Source: Acidimicrobiales bacterium
Lineage (GTDB): Bacteria; Actinomycetota; Acidimicrobiia; Acidimicrobiales; JAJPHE01
Direction: 5' to 3'
Assembly: GCA_035533195.1 (NCBI GenBank)
Contig: DATLUK010000295.1
Span: 1 to 48,123, forward strand
DNA: 48,123 nucleotides
Shown: positions 34,888 to 42,253 of the stretch, in pieces
Layout of the letters: each line of letters begins with the position of its first letter
Numbering within the stretch: the stretch's first letter is position 1
Made by a program: the position numbers and the translations under genes
The notes under the pieces: model-generated
The model's database searches: none
The model's input: the letters and a program-made list of their open reading frames with translations, nothing else
What the model was told of the DNA's origin: nothing

Positions 34888-35165
34888 CCCAGCAGGAAGC
34901 CCTCGTAGCCGGTGGTGGCCACTTCCGCACACTTGGCCCGGTAGCTCAGCAGGCCACCGAGATAGGGCATCAAGTTGTAGCCACTCGGGCAATGCGGCAC
35001 CAGGTCGATCGCAAACGCGCCGAGCCTGAGGACGCCGCCGAAGGTGTCCGGGCCATTGATGTCCGGCTCAAGTGGGACTGTGAGGCAGCCTGCGGCGCTG
35101 ATCACGAACCGCGCGGTCCACATATGGCCGCTCTCGGCGCCGGCCGCCCAGTCGAACTGCGTCAT
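34881..35165 (-). pseudogene. Deletion relic of a Baeyer-Villiger monooxygenase paralogue
   Basis: The 94-codon ORF keeps three collinear blocks of the BVMO at 3311-4960. AAGCLTVPLEPDINGPDTF matches ATGCLTVPLEPDIKGLHSF. FGGVLRLGAFAID matches FGGVLRFGAVSFD. LMPYLGGLLSYRAKCAEVATTGYEGFLL matches FMPYMGGLPSYRAKCAEIAEAGYEGFIL. Roughly 450 of 549 residues are missing, including the FAD and NADPH motifs. Confidence 0.65.
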
Positions 35166-35363
35166 AATCGATCGCGATAGCGGCCGTGGAAAAGGCAGAC
35201 GACGTGAAAGCAAGAGACATGGCTGGACCCCCTCACCGTCGACACCCGGAACACTCCGAGGAGGGCCCCCACTAGGCACCGCACAACGTCCAACTACTAT
35301 ACGGAGCGTCGATTAGTACGTCAAACCGTCTCGGGACGCTCATCCTGGCGCCGACCACGATTT

Positions 35364-36863
35364 TCAAATCGGTTCGAAACGAGGACCGCCGGCCTCCAGG
35401 CCGATCCGGACCTTGCTCCCGACCAGGTTGATCCCCGAGAGGTCTCTCGCCATCTCCCGGCTGCGGGGCTGTGCGCCAGATCTGGTGCCGTCGCCGAATT
35501 TCACTATCACGGGGGCATTGACGACCCCGGTCCGATTATGGGCGACGGTCATGGCCTCCACTTCGGCCACACCCTCGCGAGCCAGGTCGACGGGCACCCG
35601 CTTCTGATCCAATTCGGCCTCCACCCCGGAGCACCCATCGAAGCGCCACGGCTGAGGTGGCTCGGCGCCCGAGTAGATGCCCGCCGCGAAGTGGGAGATC
35701 AGGCCACCGAGTCCGACCACCATCCCGACACCGTCCGGCCTGGTCCTGCATTCCTCCACCATAGAAACGATCGCGTGGCAGACGTAGGCAGCTCCAGGGC
35801 CGCCGAAATAGGGAAGGCCTCCAGTAACCGTGAGACCCCGGGGATCCAGAGGGTCGAGTCCGATGGCTGCAGCCGACATCTGGACTGCCGAGGGGAAGCA
35901 GGAGTAGAAGTCGAAGAGGTCGATGTCCTCGACGTTGAGGCGGGCCGAGATGAGCGCCCGCTCCAGCGCCGCGCTCAGCCCACCGGAACGGTGGATGAAG
36001 GGTCTCTCCGATGGCGGCGCCGGCTCGTGGCAGGTGGTTCCCACCCACGGATAGACCCACTGCCCTTCGGGGATGCCGCAGGCGCGTGCTACCTCCGTGG
36101 TCGTTACCAGCACCGACGCAGCCAGATCGACGGTCGGAAAGGCGTTCATGACCTTGGTGTACGGCTCGTTGACCAGCCGATTGGCAACCGAGACGGCCGA
36201 GATCTCCTCGGCCTGGCGGGGGTTCGGGAACCAGGCGACGTTGGGCCGTCGAGCCGCAGCCGAGGTGAAGGGCGCCATCAAGCCCCCGAGCCAGATGCGT
36301 TGCTCGTCCAGCGATCGGCCTGCTTCAGCTGCAAAGACGCTTTCGACCATCGCAAAGCTGGTTCCGACGGCACGGATCCCGGCCGCAGTCTCGACTTCCG
36401 GTCCCTGGCGGTTCGGCTGGCGCGGGACGTCGGGGTCGACTTCGGTATTCTGCTCCAGCCCCGTGGACCTCCCCGGCGGCTCGAGCCCCGCCTGCCTGGC
36501 CCTCCGCGCCGAGGCGTCGCCGACTCCGGCTACGAGTACCGCCGCCTCGAGCCGTCCAGCGACGATCTCGCTCACGGCATGGTTGAGACCCTCCTGGGGG
36601 CCGGAGCCGCTCCACCGCATGATCTCTCCGCGACCCTGGTGCAGCCCGGACCGGGTGCGTAGCCGCGCCAGGCTAGTGGGCGCATCGTCGTGGGTCGGCG
36701 GGGTGACATAGAGGCCGTCAATCCGCGAGCGGACATCGTGCCCGGCATCCGCAAGGGCCAGGTCGAGGGCCCCGTGGAGCAAATCGTCGGGGTGCAGGAT
36801 CCGGTCCGGGTCCTTGTTCGCCACCTGACCCACCCCAACGATCACCGCCGTCCGATGCGACAT
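35364..36863 (-). CDS. Thiolase-like protein fused to a C-terminal OB-fold (DUF35-like) domain
   Basis: 499 aa. N-terminus AVIVGVGQVANKD and a later GGLPYFGGPGAAY resemble SCP-x/Ltp-type thiolase folds. The C-terminal ~100 aa (GVAEVEAMTVAHNRTGVVNAPVIVKFGDGTRSGAQ...LVGSKVRI) resembles the DUF35 OB-fold. I find no Cys at the expected nucleophile position (by-eye alignment). Confidence 0.75.
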   Translation of the reverse strand: MSHRTAVIVGVGQVANKDPDRILHPDDLLHGALDLALADAGHDVRSRIDGLYVTPPTHDDAPTSLARLRTRSGLHQGRGEIMRWSGSGPQEGLNHAVSEIVAGRLEAAVLVAGVGDASARRARQAGLEPPGRSTGLEQNTEVDPDVPRQPNRQGPEVETAAGIRAVGTSFAMVESVFAAEAGRSLDEQRIWLGGLMAPFTSAAARRPNVAWFPNPRQAEEISAVSVANRLVNEPYTKVMNAFPTVDLAASVLVTTTEVARACGIPEGQWVYPWVGTTCHEPAPPSERPFIHRSGGLSAALERALISARLNVEDIDLFDFYSCFPSAVQMSAAAIGLDPLDPRGLTVTGGLPYFGGPGAAYVCHAIVSMVEECRTRPDGVGMVVGLGGLISHFAAGIYSGAEPPQPWRFDGCSGVEAELDQKRVPVDLAREGVAEVEAMTVAHNRTGVVNAPVIVKFGDGTRSGAQPRSREMARDLSGINLVGSKVRIGLEAGGPRFEPI

Positions 36864-36912
36864 CCCCAGCTCCCTTCTAGGTCCCTCGGAAGTGATGCGA
36901 TAACGAGTCTAG

Positions 36913-37683
36913 ATGGTAGAGTGTATGTCTACCAACGGCCAGGCAAGTCAGCGTGGGCCTGTTGGCGGGGGACGTCTTGGGGTCGGAGTACACTCTCTTG
37001 ACATGCGATCGAATGAGCATGCGCGCGCTCCGGTGATCAGTCTCAGGGAAGAGCAGAAGCGGCTCACTCGCCGGCGCCTGCTGGATTCCGCCCACGAGGT
37101 CTTTTCTGCCAAGGGATACGTGGCTGCGACGGTCGATGACATCGTGGCGGGTGCCGGCGCCAGCAGGGCCACCTTCTATCTGCACTTCTCGAGCAAGCTC
37201 GAGATCCTGTTCGAGGTGTCAGCGGCCGTCACGGATGAGACCGCCGAGTACTACGCGACGCTCGACGAGGCCCTTGCCGAGGGGTCCCGGGCGTCGCTCG
37301 AGGCGGCCATCGACGGGATCATCGGCTGGTTCGAGGAGCACAGCGGATTGATGCAGGCCTGGGGTGAGGCCGCCATGGTCGAGCCGGAGGTCGCCCGTAA
37401 GGCTCGCCACCGGGTCGAGGAGTTCTTCGACGCCATGCCTTACCTTCGGTCCAGCTGGCCCAAGGCCCGGCAGGAGCAGGCTCGCCTCCGGCTCTCCCTC
37501 TTCCTGATGCAGCTCGAGCGGTTCTTCCAAAGGCTCGCAGTCATGGGAGAGTGGGATGCGCCGCGTAAGGTGCTCGTGGAGGTGCTCGCCGACGTCTGGT
37601 CTGAAGGCTTCCTTCCCGCTTCGTCGTCGGCCGCCCCAGCACGAAAGCGCGCTCTCAGGAGACCTGCCTCCGCTGCCGTATAG
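36913..37683 (+). CDS. TetR-family transcriptional regulator
   Basis: HTH region RRRLLDSAHEVFSAKGYVAATVDDIVAGAGASRATFYLHFSSK. Alternative starts are ATG 36925 and ATG 37003 (MRSNEH...). Confidence 0.9.
   Translation: MVECMSTNGQASQRGPVGGGRLGVGVHSLDMRSNEHARAPVISLREEQKRLTRRRLLDSAHEVFSAKGYVAATVDDIVAGAGASRATFYLHFSSKLEILFEVSAAVTDETAEYYATLDEALAEGSRASLEAAIDGIIGWFEEHSGLMQAWGEAAMVEPEVARKARHRVEEFFDAMPYLRSSWPKARQEQARLRLSLFLMQLERFFQRLAVMGEWDAPRKVLVEVLADVWSEGFLPASSSAAPARKRALRRPASAAV
36914..36934. promoter_or_regulatory. Candidate TetR operator: TGGTAGA-N7-TCTACCA inverted repeat
   Basis: Perfect 7-bp arms (36914-36920 and 36928-36934), preceded by TCTAGA (36908-36913), between the divergent thiolase-like and TetR genes. 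It is intergenic only if the TetR gene starts at ATG 37003. Confidence 0.4.
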
Positions 37684-37712
37684 CTTGTATCCCGCGTAGC
37701 TTTTATTCCGCG
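37681..37712. repeat. Tandem 16-nt direct repeat (2 mismatches) in a convergent intergenic gap
   Basis: TAGCTTGTATCCCGCG (37681-37696) and TAGCTTTTATTCCGCG (37697-37712). The first TAG is the TetR stop codon. Confidence 0.6.
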
Positions 37713-37734
37713 CGACTTATTCTCTACCGGCACC

Positions 37735-38622
37735 TTAGTGGCGGGTGGGGTCATCGAGCTTGAAGACGCGGATGGCGTTTTCGCGCAGGAACTTGGGCCA
37801 TACCCCGGGGTTGAACGGGACGTTCGGCATGTCCCGGAACTGACGCTCAAGGGTCAGTCCTGCGGGGAAGTACCCGCAGTACATGACCTTGTCGGAGCCC
37901 CGAGTATTGGCATAGGTGATGATGTCCTTCGGGTAGTGCTTTGGCGCGAACGCGCTCGTCATGTAGTGCAGGCCGGGCCACTTGAGCATAAGCTTGGTCG
38001 CCAGGAAGGTCCACGGCTCACCCCCGTGCATCATCACGATCGTCAGATCGGGAAAGTCGTAGCAGACCTCGTCGAAGTGCTCGACGTGCTGGGGCGCAAA
38101 GGGCATCCGAGGACCGACCACCCCACCATTGATACAGATGGGGATATCCAACTCGACGCACTTGGAGTAGATCGGGTACATCTTCTTGTCATTGACTGCC
38201 ACCTGGGGGAAGCAGCCACAGGGAAAGCAGGTCACGGCCACGATGTCGTGTTCCCGCTTGGCCGCTTCCATAGCCCGCAGCGAGTCGACGCCCTGGTTGG
38301 GATCCACCGACATCGAGAGGAAGAACCGCCCCGGGTGCTCGTGCTTAGCTCGTAGACCGTTGGGCGACATATGGGTCATCGCCATCTCGATGTTGAACTC
38401 GTCCATCTTGGTTACGACCCAAGCGACGGGATCCACATCCGCGTCCACCAGGTCGGGTACGTCCTTGAACATGTACTGAGCTGGGAACTCGAACTCTTTG
38501 GCGCTCTGGCGATCCTTTAACAAGGGCCGAAAGAAGTCGTAGGCGGCCTTCTTATCCTCGACGCTCTGGTAGGGGAAGCCGATCCCGAGGTCGACGATCC
38601 CGATGTCCGTAGGCATGCTCAC
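37735..38622 (-). CDS. Amidohydrolase-2 family metal-dependent hydrolase
   Basis: 295 aa with IGIVDLGIGFP, TIVMMHGGEPW and a TIM-barrel-like alternation of strands and helices. It is the last gene of the DUF35/thiolase-like operon. A GGAGA RBS lies upstream. Confidence 0.8.
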   Translation of the reverse strand: MSMPTDIGIVDLGIGFPYQSVEDKKAAYDFFRPLLKDRQSAKEFEFPAQYMFKDVPDLVDADVDPVAWVVTKMDEFNIEMAMTHMSPNGLRAKHEHPGRFFLSMSVDPNQGVDSLRAMEAAKREHDIVAVTCFPCGCFPQVAVNDKKMYPIYSKCVELDIPICINGGVVGPRMPFAPQHVEHFDEVCYDFPDLTIVMMHGGEPWTFLATKLMLKWPGLHYMTSAFAPKHYPKDIITYANTRGSDKVMYCGYFPAGLTLERQFRDMPNVPFNPGVWPKFLRENAIRVFKLDDPTRH

Positions 38623-38705
38623 CGCTTGGGTCTCCTGTCAGTCGGCGTCGACGGTGGCGCCCTGAAGGCGCGGCAGCGTGTCAATGTACCTCTCGACCGA
38701 GACGC

Positions 38706-39857
38706 TCAGCTCGGCGGCTCGGAGCGCAGCACTCCCATGGCGAAGTACTGGGCGGCGCCACCATAGGCCTGAGCCAGGGCAGTGCGCACACCCTCGACCT
38801 GGTGCTCACCGGCCAGTCCCCGTACCTGCAGTGCGGCCTCGGCGAAGCGGACCGCCCCCGAGGCCCCTATGGCGTTGGTCGAGAGGACCCCACCGGAGGG
38901 ATTAACGGGGAAGGCGCCGTCGAGGTCGGTCTCGCCCGAGTCCACCATCTTCCACCCCTCACCCGGCCCCGCGATGTCGTGACCCTCGAGCCACATAGGC
39001 TCGTACCAGCTGAACGGAACGTACAACTCGGCCATGTCGATCTCTCGCCGGGGGTCGGTGATGCCGGCCTGGCGATAGACATCGTGGGCGCACTCGACAC
39101 CGGCTTGGGGGCGCACCGGATTTCGCCCCGGGAATTGACCCAACTCGCTGCGGATTGACAAGCCGTGGATCCACGCCGGAGGTCGAGGTGCCCGCTTAGC
39201 CCCGGCCTCGTTAGTGATGATCACCGCGCAGGCTCCGTCCGACGACGGACACGACTCGTGCAGGCGGAGGGGATCCCACAGCATCGGAGACTCCTGCACC
39301 ATCTCTAGGGTGATGTCAGGCATCTTGAGGTGGGCGTAGGGGTTCTTGGCGGCATTACGCCGGTCCTTTACCGCCACCATCCACCCGATGTAGTCAGGTG
39401 CCTTGGACTCCTGGATGTAGGAACGTATCCACGGAGCGAAGGCGCCCCCCGCACCTATACCACCGGAGCGCCCGCCCGCCAGACCCCACTGAGCGTTGCC
39501 CTCGGACTGCTTCTCCCAGGCGACGGCGAGCACCCGTTCGTGAACCCCGGTGATCACGTGATGGGCTCCCACGATAACGGTCGACCCACCCACCGAACCG
39601 GCGGTGTGCACTCGCAGCAGGGGCTTGTTGGTGGCCCCGAGCGCATCGGCTAAGAAGATCTCGGGCATCACGACGCCCTCGAACGCATCGGGCGCCTTGC
39701 CAATCACGACAGCGTCTATGTCCTTGATGCTAAGTTCGGCGTCCTCTAGCGCCCTATCCACCGCCTCGCGGAGCAGGCCTGGTATGGATACGTCGTCTCG
39801 GCGCTTCTTGAAGTTGGTCTGACCGACCCCGATGATGGCGCTGCGCTCGTTCGTCAC
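38706..39857 (-). CDS. Thiolase-like lipid-transfer protein (SCP-x/Ltp3-like), no obvious nucleophile Cys
   Basis: 383 aa with SAIIGVGQTNFKKR, VHTAGSVGGSTV (where thiolases carry C-x-S/T-G) and a C-terminal NPSGGVLSTNAIGASG. The GTG start shares a GTGA overlap with the upstream gene. Confidence 0.85.
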   Translation of the reverse strand: MTNERSAIIGVGQTNFKKRRDDVSIPGLLREAVDRALEDAELSIKDIDAVVIGKAPDAFEGVVMPEIFLADALGATNKPLLRVHTAGSVGGSTVIVGAHHVITGVHERVLAVAWEKQSEGNAQWGLAGGRSGGIGAGGAFAPWIRSYIQESKAPDYIGWMVAVKDRRNAAKNPYAHLKMPDITLEMVQESPMLWDPLRLHESCPSSDGACAVIITNEAGAKRAPRPPAWIHGLSIRSELGQFPGRNPVRPQAGVECAHDVYRQAGITDPRREIDMAELYVPFSWYEPMWLEGHDIAGPGEGWKMVDSGETDLDGAFPVNPSGGVLSTNAIGASGAVRFAEAALQVRGLAGEHQVEGVRTALAQAYGGAAQYFAMGVLRSEPPS

Positions 39858-40912
39858 TCACCCTCCAAAAGACAAATCAGGTTTTGTTGCAGCAACGGAC
39901 CGCTGGTGGCGTGGGCAAGGCCTCGGTTGGCGGAACCGTCCACGATGCGAGAGGCCACCTCCACGATTCGGACCAGGCCCACGGCCATGATCGGGTTTCC
40001 GGCCAGGGGGCCGCCCGAGGGGTTGATGTTGGTGTCCACGCCGAGGCCGAGTGATTCCCGCAGAACGATCTCCTGGGGACTGAACGTGGAGGACAGCTCG
40101 ACGACGTCGAGCGGCCCTCCGTCGTAGCCGGCCTTCCGAGCGGCCAGGGTGGTCGACGACGATGTCGTGATGTCCCTGACACCCGGCTGGTGGGCCTCGA
40201 CACGATGGTCGAATCCCCGGATCCAGGCCGGCCGCGAGCACAACTGCCGTGCCTTGTCCCCGCGAGCGAGGATCACGGCCACGGCCGCGTCCGAGATCGG
40301 CGGAAGGTCGTGCTTGCGCAGGGGTGCCCGGTAGTAGGGCTCGGCCAGCAAGGTGTCGACGTCCACATCACCCGCCTGCTGGGCGTTGGGGTTGGTCTTG
40401 GCCTGGCCCCGACTGCGGGCCACTACGGCGGCGAAGTCCCGCTCGGTAGCCTTGCCGGAGTCGAGAAGCGCCCGGGCCTGGATGCCTGCCAGCGACACGG
40501 GGTCGACGCCCAGAGGGGCCAGGTAATAGGGATCCAGCTGCTGAGCCCACACCTCGCCGGGATCAGATGGGGACGACTTGCCCGACCCAAAGGCCAGGGC
40601 TATGTCGATGTCGCCCTCCTGCAGGCGCAACCATGCCTCATACAGGGCCCAGGCCCCGTCGGCCTCGACGTGGGACTCGGAGATGGGGGGCCATGCCCCG
40701 GCAGCCTCGAGGTTGGATACGAACGCAAAGGGCCCGCCCGTGAGGTAGTCACAGCTCCCGGCGCAGGTGAAGCCAATCTCCCGACGCTCGATGCCGGCGC
40801 TTGCGATGGCCTCGGTCACAGTGGGGACGAGGAGTTGCACCTCGCTCTGGTTGCATTCGCGCCGCGACGGTGTCTGGGCGAAGCCGACAATGGCGATATC
40901 GGTGGCGGGCAT
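39854..40912 (-). CDS. Thiolase-like lipid-transfer protein (Ltp4-like), no obvious nucleophile Cys
   Basis: 352 aa from ATG 40912 (MPATDIAIVGFAQTP...), with a C-terminal NPSGGPLAGNPIMAVG. By eye, the expected nucleophile position reads HVEADGAW. The start overlaps the upstream stop (TGATG). Confidence 0.85.
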   Translation of the reverse strand: MPATDIAIVGFAQTPSRRECNQSEVQLLVPTVTEAIASAGIERREIGFTCAGSCDYLTGGPFAFVSNLEAAGAWPPISESHVEADGAWALYEAWLRLQEGDIDIALAFGSGKSSPSDPGEVWAQQLDPYYLAPLGVDPVSLAGIQARALLDSGKATERDFAAVVARSRGQAKTNPNAQQAGDVDVDTLLAEPYYRAPLRKHDLPPISDAAVAVILARGDKARQLCSRPAWIRGFDHRVEAHQPGVRDITTSSSTTLAARKAGYDGGPLDVVELSSTFSPQEIVLRESLGLGVDTNINPSGGPLAGNPIMAVGLVRIVEVASRIVDGSANRGLAHATSGPLLQQNLICLLEGE

Positions 40913-41463
40913 CAGAAGGTGTGCTCCTTGAATATGTCTTCGGTGGCATCGGGCTCGCCCGTGGCCTCGAAGGCCTCGATGACCGAATCGAGCCCGCCCC
41001 ACCCCCGATTAGAGATGCCTTGGACCGTGCGCTCACCCTTGGGTTTCCAAACGGCCCTGACCCGCAATCCCGCTCGCAGCTGCTCATGCGGGACACCTAC
41101 GATGTCCATGCCGCCCAGCGGCGTGTCGGCCCCATCGAGCAGTACGGAGGCGTACACGAAGGCCTCGGTCTCCTCTTGACCGTAGTAGGCGACGGGAGTG
41201 ACGATGGTGAAGCCAGTGAGGGTACCCGTGTCGGCCACCTCGACCTCGTCCCGCTCCTCGGTCGCCACGACGCATAGCGGGCAGTAGCCCTTCGACGGGA
41301 CATACACCCGCCCACAGGAGGGGCACTTGTGGCCCACGATATTTCCGTCGAGGAGGCAATCCGCGAAGCGGTTGAGGTTCGGCGTCAACCGCTCCCGGTA
41401 GGTGAGGGAGACCAAGTGCTCCATCACCATGTTTTCCTTCTTAACCTCGGTAGTGTCGCTCAT
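40912..41463 (-). CDS. DUF35 OB-fold protein with an N-terminal rubredoxin-like zinc ribbon
   Basis: 183 aa from ATG 41463. The zinc ribbon is CPSCGRVYVPSKGYCPLC (CxxC-x10-CxxC). The OB-fold follows (GTLTGFTIVTP...ASVLLDGADTPLGGMDIVGV...GLRVRAVWKPK). Confidence 0.8.
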   Translation of the reverse strand: MSDTTEVKKENMVMEHLVSLTYRERLTPNLNRFADCLLDGNIVGHKCPSCGRVYVPSKGYCPLCVVATEERDEVEVADTGTLTGFTIVTPVAYYGQEETEAFVYASVLLDGADTPLGGMDIVGVPHEQLRAGLRVRAVWKPKGERTVQGISNRGWGGLDSVIEAFEATGEPDATEDIFKEHTF

Positions 41464-41465
41464 AT

Positions 41466-41903
41466 CTATGCCGGCTCCCAGGCCTCGAGGTCGGTGACCA
41501 GGCCCATCGGCTCCTTGCGGAAGCGAGGGACCACCTTCATGCCGGTCGACATCGCGTCGATGCTCCCGGCGTCCACCGCGTGGACCATGGCCGTGTCGGC
41601 TCCGTCCACCTTGATAAGGGCGAAAGCAAAGGGCCGCTCCAGGGGGTGCTTGGGGGCAGGCTCCGCCACCCAGGTCCACGCCTGAACCGTTGCCTGCGGC
41701 CCGACCGGCACCAGGTCGGTCCCAAGCGACTCACCCGTTTCAGGGTCGTACTCGGGCGGCGGGACGATCACCCGCCCGTCCTTGCCCTTGATGCCCATCA
41801 ACCGCCCCTCACGCAGACCCCCGAGGAATGCACCCACGACAGGACCCGTCGTCCGGCTATAAGGGAACTCAAGTTTCGTCTCGATCACTCTCATCTCGGT
41901 CAC
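41466..41903 (-). CDS. DUF35-like OB-fold protein with a degenerate, Cys-free ribbon
   Basis: 145 aa with no cysteine. The ribbon position reads GIKGKDGRVIVPPPEYDPETGES. The OB-fold follows (ATVQAWTWV...FAFALIKVDGADTAMVHAVD...GMKVVPRF). The start is GTG 41903 or ATG 41894. Confidence 0.7.
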   Translation of the reverse strand: MTEMRVIETKLEFPYSRTTGPVVGAFLGGLREGRLMGIKGKDGRVIVPPPEYDPETGESLGTDLVPVGPQATVQAWTWVAEPAPKHPLERPFAFALIKVDGADTAMVHAVDAGSIDAMSTGMKVVPRFRKEPMGLVTDLEAWEPA

Positions 41904-41912
41904 CCTGGGGAT

Positions 41913-41926
41913 TAGAACACATTCTA
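41913..41926. promoter_or_regulatory. KstR-type operator-like palindrome between the DUF35/Ltp operon and the divergent LLM gene
   Basis: TAGAACACATTCTA matches TAGAAC-nn-GTTCTA at 13 of 14 positions. It lies 10 nt upstream of the GTG 41903 start. Confidence 0.55.
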
Positions 41927-42253
41927 TTTATGACGGCAAGTGGCGTGGCCTAAGGGATGATCGCGGCCCGCATAGCCATAGCCGAGGCGTCCAGGCGGGG
42001 CTTGTCCCTGTCCTGGACGACGGGTGCGCTCAGTACGGCGTCCTTCAGTCGGGAAGGTCCTCTGGAGGCCGGACCACGACCCCCTGAGCGGTGATGTCGT
42101 CCTACATCCCGGGGCCGGCCACCTCCCCGACCAGGCGTCGGACTGGCTCCGCGACACGCTGGTTGCGTGGGTGACAACCGTTCTGTCCGGTGCTCGGCCT
42201 GATCGCCCGCCCTCGGATAGCCTCGCCCGCCAAGATGACCGAAGGAGTCGCCC

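Noticed and set aside
42173-42185. GACAACCGTTCTG upstream of the intact LLM gene, considered as a third KstR box.
   Set aside because: The half-sites are separated by one nucleotide instead of two, and one half-site deviates (ACAAC). It does not fit TnnAACnnGTTnnA. It is mentioned only as a weak candidate.
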